From positions 1 to 29,634 of IMG/VR virus record IMGVR_UViG_3300020044_004639: a DNA stretch of 29,634 nucleotides; one strand, given 5' to 3'. Each line of letters opens with the position of its first letter. Position 1 is the stretch's first letter. The notes beneath the pieces are model-generated. The model saw only the letters and a program-made list of their open reading frames with translations, searched no databases and was not told the DNA's origin. A program made the position numbers and the translations under genes. Source of the DNA: a virus (Duplodnaviria > Caudoviricetes). Below, piece by piece: positions 1 to 7,716 of the stretch.

Positions 1-40
1 AAGTTTTTGTTCCAGATAGTTATAAATTCTAAGGAGAAAA

Positions 41-292
41 ATGAAGTTAGTACATTTCACAGCAGAGTGGTGTGAGCCATGCAAGATGATGAAGCCAGTA
101 ATCGCAGATATTCTAGAAGAGCGACCAGATCTTGAATATGTTCCAATTGATATTGGCAGCAATAGAGATCTTGCTATACAATATGACGTAATGGGAGTTC
201 CTACTTTCATTACTGAGCAAGACGGAATAACTATAAAGAGAGTTTCTGGTGCAATGACAAAGACTCAGTTTGTTGATGCGCTAGACATTTAA
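41..292 (+). CDS. Thioredoxin (on a segment that probably comes from a different genome)
   Basis: FTAEWCEPCK active-site CxxC and GVPT cis-Pro motif; AAGGAG Shine-Dalgarno at 31-36. Confidence 0.9.
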   Translation: MKLVHFTAEWCEPCKMMKPVIADILEERPDLEYVPIDIGSNRDLAIQYDVMGVPTFITEQDGITIKRVSGAMTKTQFVDALDI

Positions 293-300
293 TCCTCCGC

Positions 301-360
301 GCAGGGGTACGAGGTAACGCCCTGCTATTCGCACCTGAGCATGTGCCCCTAAACTGCTCA
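301..360 (+). ncRNA. Candidate structured RNA: hairpin followed by H-type pseudoknot
   Basis: GCAGGG 301-306/CCCTGC 320-325; GCAC 331-334/GTGC 343-346 crossed by TGAGCA 336-341/TGCTCA 355-360. Confidence 0.5.
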
Positions 361-369
361 TTAATCCTA

Positions 370-402
370 CATGGTTCATATTTGTGATATAATTGAACCA
401 TG
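370..402 (+). promoter_or_regulatory. Extended -10 promoter (TGnTATAAT) inside a 9-bp inverted repeat, leaderless ATG at 400
   Basis: CATGGTTCA 370-378/TGAACCATG 394-402; TGATATAAT 385-393; ATG begins 7 nt after the -10 box. Confidence 0.6.
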
Positions 403-522
403 ACTAAGCACAAAGAAGAAATAATAAAATTAAATCACTATACAAATTTTCAACCTTTATGGGCATTAGATAATTTGATTAAAAGCGATAAAATTAATAA
501 TGTACAATTAAAATTAGTATGA
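400..522 (+). pseudogene. 40-aa chimeric ORF whose 3' part is the C-terminus of an HNH-type endonuclease
   Basis: MTKHKEEIIKLNHYTNFQPLWALDNLIKSDK...; HYTNxQPLWxxDNxxK resembles the tail of phage HNH nucleases but the catalytic N-terminal part is missing; ATGA overlap with the next gene. Confidence 0.6.
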
Positions 523-1031
523 GTGTATTAGAAAGAATAGCAGTTTATCACAAAGATTGGGTTGCATTAGCAGAAGTATTTGATAAGGATTGGGCAGAAG
601 ATTTGGTACAAGAATTTTATTTACTTTTGCATAAATACAATGTTTCAGAAAGCCAATTATTCACAAACGATAAACCAAACAGAGGTTATTGTTTTATAAT
701 TATTAGAAACATTTATTTTCAACTTCATAATATTAGAAAACGTATTGATAAATGTGAATTAAATGATGAAGTTTACCATTTAGTTGATGATTATTCTGAA
801 GAAAAGGAAATTGAATGGGATGATTTTAGAACAAAAGCAGAACAAGAAGTTAATAGTTGGGAATGGTACGACAAAAAATTATTCACTTTGTACAGGGATA
901 ATAAAACATCAATAAGAAAATTAGCAAAAGAAACAGGTATTAGTTTTGTTTCTATATTTCACACATTAAAAGCTAATAAGCAAAAGCTGAAAAGATTATT
1001 ACAAGAAGATTACGATAATTTAAAACTTTAA
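519..1031 (+). CDS. Phage sigma-70/ECF-like RNA polymerase sigma factor
   Basis: Region 2-like AEDLVQEFYLLL...GYCFIIIRNIYF and region 4 HTH SIRKLAKETGISFVSIFHTLK; 170 aa. Confidence 0.75.
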   Translation: MSVLERIAVYHKDWVALAEVFDKDWAEDLVQEFYLLLHKYNVSESQLFTNDKPNRGYCFIIIRNIYFQLHNIRKRIDKCELNDEVYHLVDDYSEEKEIEWDDFRTKAEQEVNSWEWYDKKLFTLYRDNKTSIRKLAKETGISFVSIFHTLKANKQKLKRLLQEDYDNLKL

Positions 1032-1034
1032 AAA

Positions 1035-1406
1035 ATGGCAAGAAGTAAAAAAGCAAAAGGTCTTGGTGATACAGTAGAACAAATCACTAAAGCAACAGGT
1101 ATTAAAAAAGTAGTTGATGCAATTTCAGAAGCTACAGGTGTTGATTGTGGTTGTGGTGAACGTAAAGAACTATTGAATAAATTGTTTCCTTACAAACAAA
1201 CTGAATGTTTAAACGATGAAGATAACGAATGGTTAACACAATTCTTTTCAGTTACGAATAATCAGTTAACACCAAAGCAACAAACTAAAATTACAGACAT
1301 TTATAAAAATGTATTTAATCAAAGAATAGAACCTTCAAATTGTGGTTCTTGTTGGAGAGATAGAATCAACGAATTAAAGAAAATCCACGATACGCAAAAT
1401 GCATAA
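1035..1406 (+). CDS. Hypothetical Cys-motif protein
   Basis: GLGDTVE...DCGCGERKELLN and CGSC motifs; tightly packed in the operon. Confidence 0.7.
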   Translation: MARSKKAKGLGDTVEQITKATGIKKVVDAISEATGVDCGCGERKELLNKLFPYKQTECLNDEDNEWLTQFFSVTNNQLTPKQQTKITDIYKNVFNQRIEPSNCGSCWRDRINELKKIHDTQNA

Positions 1407-1800
1407 TTGGAACGAGCAGGATTTATTCCTTTGGTTAAAAGAAAACATTTACAAGGATTTAGTTAAATCTAAAAATCCAATGAGTAGATGGGATTGTTAC
1501 TCACCGCAGTTCAAACATCGTATAGAGTTAAAATGTAGAACAAGACACTTTAACGAAATGCTATTAGAAAAGAAAAAGTTTGATGCTATGTTGAGTGAGT
1601 GCGAAAAGCATTTAGATATACCAATTTATATTAATTCAACACCACGAGGTATTTATTTTTGGAACTTATTAAAAGTAGAACCAATTTGGGAAACGAATAG
1701 TAAAAATCCTGCTTCAACACATTTTAGCACAAGGCATAAAGTATCAAAAGAAGTTAGTTACTTATACATTGAATCACATAACATTTTAAAAGAATTATGA
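1399..1800 (+). CDS. Putative PD-(D/E)XK nuclease
   Basis: WDC...IELKCR fits the D...ExK catalytic pattern. Confidence 0.55.
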   Translation: MHNWNEQDLFLWLKENIYKDLVKSKNPMSRWDCYSPQFKHRIELKCRTRHFNEMLLEKKKFDAMLSECEKHLDIPIYINSTPRGIYFWNLLKVEPIWETNSKNPASTHFSTRHKVSKEVSYLYIESHNILKEL

Positions 1801-2147
1801 ATAACATACAATTAGAATATTTAAAGCAAGTAATACTATCACAGTTATTATTAGAATGTAATGAAAATTTGCGCTTTACAGTACAATACAAGCAACAAAT
1901 TAAGAACAGAATAAACTTACTTAACAAAGACTTAGAAAGTGTCGTACATAAAGAATACACAAGTATTTATAAAACAGACCCTGAAATGACTACAAACATT
2001 TTAAGTAAAATTGAAAGTTTAGTTTCTAAATTAAGTACTTCAACACTTGATGAATTAATTATGATAGATGCAGTTATTGAAAAGTACAACGATAACAAAG
2101 AATGGTTTAAAGAATACGCTGAAGCTGAATTTTTAAAGATTGAATAA
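1797..2147 (+). CDS. Hypothetical protein
   Basis: 116-aa ORF with ATGA overlap. Confidence 0.7.
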   Translation: MNNIQLEYLKQVILSQLLLECNENLRFTVQYKQQIKNRINLLNKDLESVVHKEYTSIYKTDPEMTTNILSKIESLVSKLSTSTLDELIMIDAVIEKYNDNKEWFKEYAEAEFLKIE

Positions 2148-2379
2148 TATGAGCAAGATAACACCACTACATTATATGACTGATTCAAAAGTTGATGTAA
2201 TAGATTTCTGTAAAATGTACGATATGAATTTTAACAGAGGTAACATAGTAAAATACTTGGCACGTGCAGGTAAAAAAGATAATGAACTTGATGACTTACG
2301 AAAGGCACTAAACTATATGATGCGAGAAATAGAGCATTACGAAAAAATTCAAGAACAATGGATTGAAAACAATAAGTAG
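2140..2379 (+). CDS. DUF3310 (SaV-like) protein; true start may be ATG 2149
   Basis: PxHY...DVIDF...FNRGNIVKYLARAGKK...DLRKALNY signature. Confidence 0.85.
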   Translation: MNNMSKITPLHYMTDSKVDVIDFCKMYDMNFNRGNIVKYLARAGKKDNELDDLRKALNYMMREIEHYEKIQEQWIENNK

Positions 2380-2400
2380 GGTAACACCTACTTTTTTTTT
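2374..2400 (+). terminator. Rho-independent terminator
   Basis: AAGTAGG-GTAACA-CCTACTT followed by a T run. Confidence 0.8.
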
Positions 2401-2473
2401 GTTAAAGTTTTGTTAAAATGTTAATAAGTAAAAAATAAGTTATATATTTGCTGAAACAATTAAACAAAACAAT
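2400..2473 (+). promoter_or_regulatory. Bacteroidota-type promoter with tandem TGTTAAA boxes
   Basis: TATATTTG (-7 box TAnnTTTG) 2443-2450; TGTTAAA at 2400 and 2411. Confidence 0.7.
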
Positions 2474-2659
2474 ATGCAAACATTTAAGTATCGTAATCAA
2501 GAAATACAAGTTGATTATCACACAGTAGAAGTAAAAGGTGAATTACCTGAAGTTATTATTGGTTCAGTATTTTATGAAGGTACTGATATAACAATGATAC
2601 TATCACAAGATGATGAAGCTGAAATATTAGAAACAATTTACGATAAATTATATAACTAA
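2474..2659 (+). CDS. Hypothetical protein
   Basis: First ORF after promoter; TAATG coupling to next gene. Confidence 0.7.
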   Translation: MQTFKYRNQEIQVDYHTVEVKGELPEVIIGSVFYEGTDITMILSQDDEAEILETIYDKLYN

Positions 2660-2865
2660 TGAAAGCAGAAGTAATAAACGAATTGGATAGCTTAATTCAA
2701 TTAACAAAGGATTTAGAAAACGTATATATACAAAACAGGTTACGTTACGTTAAAAAGTTATTACTTACTGATTGGAATGAATCAGATTTGTATTACCAAC
2801 AAATTAGAGAAGTATTAAGAACAGATGAAACAATGAATAATTTAAACGATTTAAACATAAGATAA
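2659..2865 (+). CDS. Hypothetical protein
   Basis: 68-aa translationally coupled ORF. Confidence 0.65.
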   Translation: MKAEVINELDSLIQLTKDLENVYIQNRLRYVKKLLLTDWNESDLYYQQIREVLRTDETMNNLNDLNIR

Positions 2866-2866
2866 T

Positions 2867-3631
2867 ATGATAACAACATTTGATAACAAACAATGGGATA
2901 AAGAAGAACTATTAGCTAATATGTACGATGATAGTTTTTATTATGGTTACTTAGGGCAAAACGCATTAAGTAGTTCAAGTATTAAAACATTAATATCTTC
3001 ACCTAAAACGTATTACTTTACAACCAAATATGGAAGTGGTGAAACACAAGCGTTACGTGATGGTAAACTATTCCACACAATGATATTAGAACCTGAAAAG
3101 TTAAATGATATTATCTTTGTAGATGCTGCAACAAAAGCAAGTAAAGAATTTAAACTTGCAAAAGAAACAGGTAAAGAAGTTTACACTAAATCAGAAAAGA
3201 AAGCTGCTGAACGTTTATGCGATGCGTTATTAAGAAATGAAGCAGTAAAAGAATACTTAACAAAAGCAGAATATGAAGTTCCACAAATAGCTATGATAGA
3301 TGGAATACCTATTAGAGCAAAAGCAGACATATTAAAAGGCAATACTATTATTGATTTAAAAACCACAACAGGTATAAAGGACTTTCGTTATTCAGCAGAT
3401 AAATACAGTTACGATTTACAAGCGTGGTTATATCGTGAAATGTTTGGTGTAGAAAACTTTGTATTTATAGCTATTGACAAAGGTAGTTTAGACATCGCAA
3501 TATTTGAATGTAGTGATGAGTTCTATGCTAAAGGTAAAGAAAAGTTTGAACAAGGTGTAAGCAACTATAAATACTTTTTTCAAACAGAAGGTGTTGATTT
3601 GGACCAATACGTATTAAGAGGTGTGCTATAA
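2867..3631 (+). CDS. PD-(D/E)XK exonuclease VIII (RecE/DUF3799)-like
   Basis: LSSSSIK, GKLFHTMILEP, RAKADIL...IIDLKTT and YDLQAWLY motifs. Confidence 0.85.
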   Translation: MITTFDNKQWDKEELLANMYDDSFYYGYLGQNALSSSSIKTLISSPKTYYFTTKYGSGETQALRDGKLFHTMILEPEKLNDIIFVDAATKASKEFKLAKETGKEVYTKSEKKAAERLCDALLRNEAVKEYLTKAEYEVPQIAMIDGIPIRAKADILKGNTIIDLKTTTGIKDFRYSADKYSYDLQAWLYREMFGVENFVFIAIDKGSLDIAIFECSDEFYAKGKEKFEQGVSNYKYFFQTEGVDLDQYVLRGVL

Positions 3632-3897
3632 TGGAACTAACAAAAGATGAAGCATTTGCTATGACACTTTATGATATATCACAAGGTGAATCATTAGAAA
3701 CAATGCGATACGTTTTAAAAGACTATGAAGAACGTGAAGAATTTGAAGTTTGTGCAGGTATTCATTTAGCAATAGAAGTTTCTTCATTTTTAACACTTAC
3801 TGCAGTAGTAGAAGAATTTAACCCAATAGAATTAGAATTAACATTTCTTCAGCTTGTTCAAACGCTTGTGTTCTTTGATTTGAAGCCTCATCATTAG
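3631..3897 (+). CDS. Hypothetical protein; C-terminus after ~3846 probably read through an inversion junction
   Basis: EEREEFEVCAGI motif; last ~17 codons are antisense to a minus-strand gene. Confidence 0.6.
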   Translation: MELTKDEAFAMTLYDISQGESLETMRYVLKDYEEREEFEVCAGIHLAIEVSSFLTLTAVVEEFNPIELELTFLQLVQTLVFFDLKPHH

Positions 3898-3973
3898 ATA
3901 TTGACTTTGTAATTAAATCTATTCTAATTTCATATAACCTGTTCCATAAAAATTCTACTGCTGTTTGTTTCAT
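3818..3973 (-). CDS. Small MKQTAVE-type protein, truncated at the inversion junction
   Basis: MKQTAVEFLWNRLYE...AFEQAEEM then LILILLG*; paralogous to 3977-4183 (MKETAIEWL...QQAKEMEKQQ). Confidence 0.6.
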   Translation of the reverse strand: MKQTAVEFLWNRLYEIRIDLITKSISNDEASNQRTQAFEQAEEMLILILLG

Positions 3974-3976
3974 ATC

Positions 3977-4183
3977 TTATTTGTTTTTAAATTTATGTTC
4001 GTAATAATCTTTTCCTGTAAAATCATCTGTATTGTCCCAAGATGATAGTCCATCGTTATATGCATCATCAATCTGTTGCTTTTCCATTTCTTTGGCTTGT
4101 TGAATTAATTCTCTTTTATTCAATTCGTTTTTAGGAATTATATGAGAATTTCCTATTAACCATTCTATTGCTGTTTCTTTCAT
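3977..4183 (-). CDS. Small MKETAIEWL-type hypothetical protein
   Basis: 68-aa ORF; shares 5' sequence with 3818-3973. Confidence 0.75.
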   Translation of the reverse strand: MKETAIEWLIGNSHIIPKNELNKRELIQQAKEMEKQQIDDAYNDGLSSWDNTDDFTGKDYYEHKFKNK

Positions 4184-4299
4184 ATCTTATTAAATTTATC
4201 CTTCAGTATTTTATAATACAATCTGTTTACTGATTCTTTATTGCAACCTCTTTTATAATAGAAGTTCATTACTCTTTGTATACGTTGTAAGTTACTCAT
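4180..4299 (-). CDS. Hypothetical 39-aa protein
   Basis: MSNLQRIQRVMNFYYKRGCNKESVNRLYYKILKDKFNKI; ATGA overlap with the gene starting at 4183. Confidence 0.6.
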   Translation of the reverse strand: MSNLQRIQRVMNFYYKRGCNKESVNRLYYKILKDKFNKI

Positions 4300-4460
4300 A
4301 TTTTTTATAGTATCTTGCTTTTTCGTTAATGTTTAAAAACGCTTCAAACTTTGTTTGTATATCTTCGTTATCTAATATTGCTATTAAGCGGTTAATATTT
4401 TTGTTTGTTTGTAATTGTTCTATACTTTGTTTTAGTTCTTTAATTACAATTATATTATAT
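4292..4460 (-). pseudogene. 3' fragment of a gene lacking its start
   Basis: Open frame ...IVIKELKQSIEQLQTNKNINRLIAILDNEDIQTKFEAFLNINEKARYYKKYE* with no ATG near the junction. Confidence 0.5.
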
Positions 4461-4511
4461 AATGAAACGTTATATGATGAAAACGACCAAAAATTTAAAA
4501 AGAAATAAGAT

Positions 4512-4667
4512 ATGCCTGATATAACAATGTGCGATGGTCAAGGTTGTGAATTAAAATCAACCTGCTATAGATATAAAGCTGAACCAAGTAAATATGGACA
4601 GTCTTACTTTACAGAAGCACCGATTGAAGATGAACAATGTGAACACTATTGGGAAGTAAAAGATTAA
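4512..4667 (+). CDS. Small Cys-rich hypothetical protein (51 aa)
   Basis: MPDITMCDGQGCELKSTCYRY...QSYF...CEHYW. Confidence 0.7.
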   Translation: MPDITMCDGQGCELKSTCYRYKAEPSKYGQSYFTEAPIEDEQCEHYWEVKD

Positions 4668-4670
4668 GAT

Positions 4671-4844
4671 ATGGATATTAAAATAATATCAATAACTAAA
4701 GGTGATTTAGGTGGTAAAAAAACAATGGAAGTAATTTCTAAATATAAAAATAGACAAAGATTTAACTTTATAATTAGTGATGAATATTTTTCAGAAGAAT
4801 ATATTTTAGATTATTTAAAACAGATACCAAATAATTATTCTTAG
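4671..4844 (+). CDS. Hypothetical protein (57 aa)
   Basis: ORF after a TAAGATATG junction, filling the gap before terS. Confidence 0.55.
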   Translation: MDIKIISITKGDLGGKKTMEVISKYKNRQRFNFIISDEYFSEEYILDYLKQIPNNYS

Positions 4845-4848
4845 TTTA

Positions 4849-4878
4849 ACAATAAGCAATTACTATTATTTTTAAATT
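4849..4878 (+). promoter_or_regulatory. Candidate late promoter, copy 1
   Basis: ACAA-N13-TTATTTTTAAATT upstream of terS. Confidence 0.6.
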
Positions 4879-4898
4879 GATAATAAAATTTTTCAATT

Positions 4899-5159
4899 AT
4901 GGAAGATAAAAGAAAAAATAATGGTGGACACCCGAATAGTGGTCGTAAATCAAAAGCCGAAGAAGTTGCTTTAGTAGAGAAATTAACTCCATTAGAGCCA
5001 TTAGCATTTGCTGCATTAGAGAAAGGTTTAGAGCGTGGTGATTTTAAATTCACTCAACTATTCTACAATTATTATGCAGGTAAACCACGTGAAACAAAAG
5101 ACGTAACTTTAATCAGTGAACAACCTATATTCGATATAAACGATTTAGGAGACATTTAA
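4899..5159 (+). CDS. Terminase small subunit (probable)
   Basis: NNGGHPNSGRKSK N-terminus and YYAGKPRE motif; directly upstream of terL. Confidence 0.7.
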   Translation: MEDKRKNNGGHPNSGRKSKAEEVALVEKLTPLEPLAFAALEKGLERGDFKFTQLFYNYYAGKPRETKDVTLISEQPIFDINDLGDI

Positions 5160-5168
5160 GGATAGATA

Positions 5169-6335
5169 ATGGAATTTATAATAACTACTGCTTTAAAGAA
5201 GTTATTGCGTCTTAAAAAGCGTATAAAGGTTGTTAGAGGTGGTACATCTGCTTCTAAGACCTTTTCTATTTTACCTATATTAATAGATAGAGCAATTAAG
5301 ACACCTGATTTAGAAATTAGCGTAGTATCAGAATCAATACCACATTTACGTAGAGGTGCATTAAAAGACTTCTTAAAAATAATGATGGCTTTAGGTAGAT
5401 ACAACGATAACCAATTTAATAAATCAACTTTAAAATATACTTTTGTTAATGGTAGTTATATTGAATTCTTTAGTGTAGACCAACCTGACAAATTACGTGG
5501 AGCAAGACGTAATGTATTATATGTTAACGAATGTAACAATGTAGACTTTGATTCTTATTATCAATTAGCTATTCGTACTTCAGGCGAAATATGGTTAGAT
5601 TATAACCCGAGTAGTTTGTTTTGGGTAGATAGAGAAATAATAAATCAAGATGACGTAGACTTTATTACCTTAACTTATTTAGATAATGAAGCGTTATCTG
5701 AAACTATTGTAAAAGAAATAGAATCAGCAAAAGAGAAAGCAAAGACTTCATCTTATTGGGAAAATTGGTGGCAAGTATATGGACTTGGACAAACAGGTTC
5801 ATTAGAAGGAGTATGTATTCCTGATTGGCAAGAAATACAATTACCTACAGAAGCAAGATTATTATGTTACGGAATGGATTGGGGTTATTCAAACGACCCT
5901 ACTTCTTTAATAGCTATGTATAAATATAATGATGCTTATATATTTGATGAGTTAATATATCAAAAAGGTTTATTAAATTCAGACATTAGTGATTTGCTTA
6001 AAACAAATGGAGTTAACGATATTGTTTATGCTGATAGTGCTGAGCCTAAATCAATAGCTGAGTTGAACAGTTATGGTCATAATGTGTTACCTGTTAGCAA
6101 GGGTCGTGATAGTATCGTATATGGTTTAAATTTAATTAATCAGAATAAGGTTTATGTAACCTCAAGAAGTAAGAACTTAATAAACGAATTAAGAAACTAT
6201 ATTTGGATGGTTGACAAACAAGGTAACAAACTAAATAAACCTATTGATGCTTACAATCACGCTATAGATGCTATGCGTTACGCTATGACTTCACAATTAG
6301 AAAACCCACACAAAGGAAACTATTATATCTACTAA
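5169..6335 (+). CDS. terL: Terminase large subunit (PBSX/Terminase_3-like)
   Basis: Walker A RGGTSASKT, Walker B LYVNE, DYNP, nuclease GMDWGYSNDP, ADSAEP, NHAIDAMRY. Confidence 0.95.
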   Translation: MEFIITTALKKLLRLKKRIKVVRGGTSASKTFSILPILIDRAIKTPDLEISVVSESIPHLRRGALKDFLKIMMALGRYNDNQFNKSTLKYTFVNGSYIEFFSVDQPDKLRGARRNVLYVNECNNVDFDSYYQLAIRTSGEIWLDYNPSSLFWVDREIINQDDVDFITLTYLDNEALSETIVKEIESAKEKAKTSSYWENWWQVYGLGQTGSLEGVCIPDWQEIQLPTEARLLCYGMDWGYSNDPTSLIAMYKYNDAYIFDELIYQKGLLNSDISDLLKTNGVNDIVYADSAEPKSIAELNSYGHNVLPVSKGRDSIVYGLNLINQNKVYVTSRSKNLINELRNYIWMVDKQGNKLNKPIDAYNHAIDAMRYAMTSQLENPHKGNYYIY

Positions 6336-6496
6336 TGACATACGCTGAAATTATAGCTACAATAGAATGCTATATCTATTTAAAGACTAATCAAAATGTA
6401 TTAATAGCTTTACCACGTAACGTTGGTGAAATAAAAAAGATGCAGCAAATGTACAATATAGCAAAGCAAGATATACTTTATATGTGGCAGGTTTAA
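6335..6496 (+). CDS. Hypothetical protein (53 aa)
   Basis: TAATG coupling to terL; MTYAEIIATIECYIYLKT... Confidence 0.6.
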   Translation: MTYAEIIATIECYIYLKTNQNVLIALPRNVGEIKKMQQMYNIAKQDILYMWQV

Positions 6497-6498
6497 AT

Positions 6499-6587
6499 TG
6501 TTAAAATTTTGTTAAAGTTTTTAATTTTGTTTGTATGTTAAAATATTTTATTAATTTTACCTCATCAAACAATAACAATTAAAAATT
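6499..6587 (+). promoter_or_regulatory. Bacteroidota-type promoter with tandem TGTTAAA boxes
   Basis: TGTTAAA at 6499 and 6510; TTTG 6530-6533, 18-nt spacer, TAATTTTA 6552-6559; ATCAAACAATAACAA 6564-6578 shared with 25221-25235. Confidence 0.65.
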
Positions 6588-6725
6588 ATGAGAACAATCG
6601 CAGGAGTAATATCAGCAACAGTTGCAATGTTAACGCAAGATTATTTAGTACAGGCAGTATTTTGTTTATTAACCTTTTATTTAATTTACCGTGAACTTAA
6701 AAGCAGTAACAAAGTGTCTGAGTAA
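6588..6725 (+). CDS. Small membrane protein (45 aa)
   Basis: MRTIAGVISATVAMLTQDYLVQAVFCLLTFYLIYRELK; hydrophobic; first gene after promoter. Confidence 0.6.
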   Translation: MRTIAGVISATVAMLTQDYLVQAVFCLLTFYLIYRELKSSNKVSE

Positions 6726-6915
6726 CGGAATAACTATTTATCCAATAGTAATAGAAGATACTTACCACGTAGGCAAACGAAAATACAATTACGTTAAAAT
6801 AGAAATAAACGTAAATGGCACAAAGAAAATAGGAAGTGATAAATACAAACAAGATGAAACACTTACTAATAAAGTACACGAGTTGTATGAAGTATTAAAT
6901 TTAAAGTTAGTTTGA
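6691..6915 (+). CDS. Hypothetical protein (GTG start)
   Basis: 74-aa ORF followed by a structured element and terminator. Confidence 0.65.
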   Translation: MNLKAVTKCLSNGITIYPIVIEDTYHVGKRKYNYVKIEINVNGTKKIGSDKYKQDETLTNKVHELYEVLNLKLV

Positions 6916-6978
6916 TAGTTAATAGGGCGTGAGTTCAGCAGTCCACCCAATTACACGCTTCGTGGTGGTAATTAACTA
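6916..6978 (+). ncRNA. Candidate pseudoknotted RNA element
   Basis: TAGTTAAT 6916-6923/ATTAACTA 6971-6978; GGGCGTG 6925-6931/CACGCTT 6954-6960; CCACC 6943-6947/GGTGG 6964-6968. Confidence 0.4.
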
Positions 6979-6982
6979 AATT

Positions 6983-7011
6983 AAGGCAATCAGAAATGGT
7001 TGCTTTTTTTT
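6983..7011 (+). terminator. Rho-independent terminator
   Basis: AAGGCAATC-AGAAAT-GGTTGCTTT stem (G-U pairs) plus T run. Confidence 0.75.
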
Positions 7012-7018
7012 GTTTTAT

Positions 7019-7048
7019 ACAATTCTTACGTTAATTAATTTTTAAAAT
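7019..7048 (+). promoter_or_regulatory. Candidate late promoter, copy 2
   Basis: ACAA-N13-TAATTTTTAAAAT, 5 nt before ATG 7054. Confidence 0.65.
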
Positions 7049-7053
7049 AAAAT

Positions 7054-7716
7054 ATGAAAGTAAACATAAACGTACCTGATTCGTTAAACGAAATTACTTT
7101 ATATCAATATCAAAGATTTGAGAAACTAATACAAGAAAACGAAGCAAGTCATTTTGTTAATCAAAAGACTATTGAAATATTTTGTAACATAGAACTTAAA
7201 GATGTTGCACGTATACGCATAGCTGATATTGATGATTTACTTTTACATTTAGATAACTTACTACAACAAAAACCAAAGCTAACTAAAACTTTTAAGTTAG
7301 GTGTTTATGAGTTTGGATTTATACCTAAATTAGAAGATATGACTTCAGGTGAGTTTATAGATTTAGAAAACTATTTAGGTAGTACTGAAACTTTGCATCA
7401 AGCTATGGCTGTTTTATTCAGACCAATTAAATCAAAGATAAAAGATTTATATACCATAGAAGAATATGAATCAAGTTATAAGTATTCAGAGGTTTTAAAA
7501 TATATGCCTTTAGATATTGCTTTAGGTTCTATGCTTTTTTTTTGGACTTTGCAGAACGATTGCGTGAACGCTTTGACGGATTATATACAGAACGAAGTGG
7601 AACAATCGGAACAAGCGAAGCAGGTTTTGGTAAAAAGTGGGGTTGGTATCAATCAATTTACGCAGCAGCTCAAGGGGATATTCTCAGATTCGATGCCGTC
7701 ACTAAATTACCAATAA
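7054..7716 (+). CDS. Probable tail assembly chaperone (0-frame product)
   Basis: Contains slippery T9 (7535-7543) with an overlapping -1 ORF; heads the tail operon. Confidence 0.65.
   Translation: MKVNINVPDSLNEITLYQYQRFEKLIQENEASHFVNQKTIEIFCNIELKDVARIRIADIDDLLLHLDNLLQQKPKLTKTFKLGVYEFGFIPKLEDMTSGEFIDLENYLGSTETLHQAMAVLFRPIKSKIKDLYTIEEYESSYKYSEVLKYMPLDIALGSMLFFWTLQNDCVNALTDYIQNEVEQSEQAKQVLVKSGVGINQFTQQLKGIFSDSMPSLNYQ

Noticed and set aside
41-292. Thioredoxin as an auxiliary metabolic gene of this phage
   Set aside because: It lies on the segment with foreign expression signals and k-mers, upstream of a probable chimeric junction
293-360. tRNA in the GC-rich stretch
   Set aside because: No cloverleaf, TTCG T-loop or acceptor stem; better explained as hairpin plus pseudoknot
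3841-4463. Invertase-driven phase-variable cassette
   Set aside because: No recombinase gene, no inverted repeats at the ends, and re-inversion does not restore intact genes
6916-6978. HDV-like/theta ribozyme
   Set aside because: The 7-bp stem opening with G-U is suggestive, but I could not place P3/L3 or a catalytic C in J4/2
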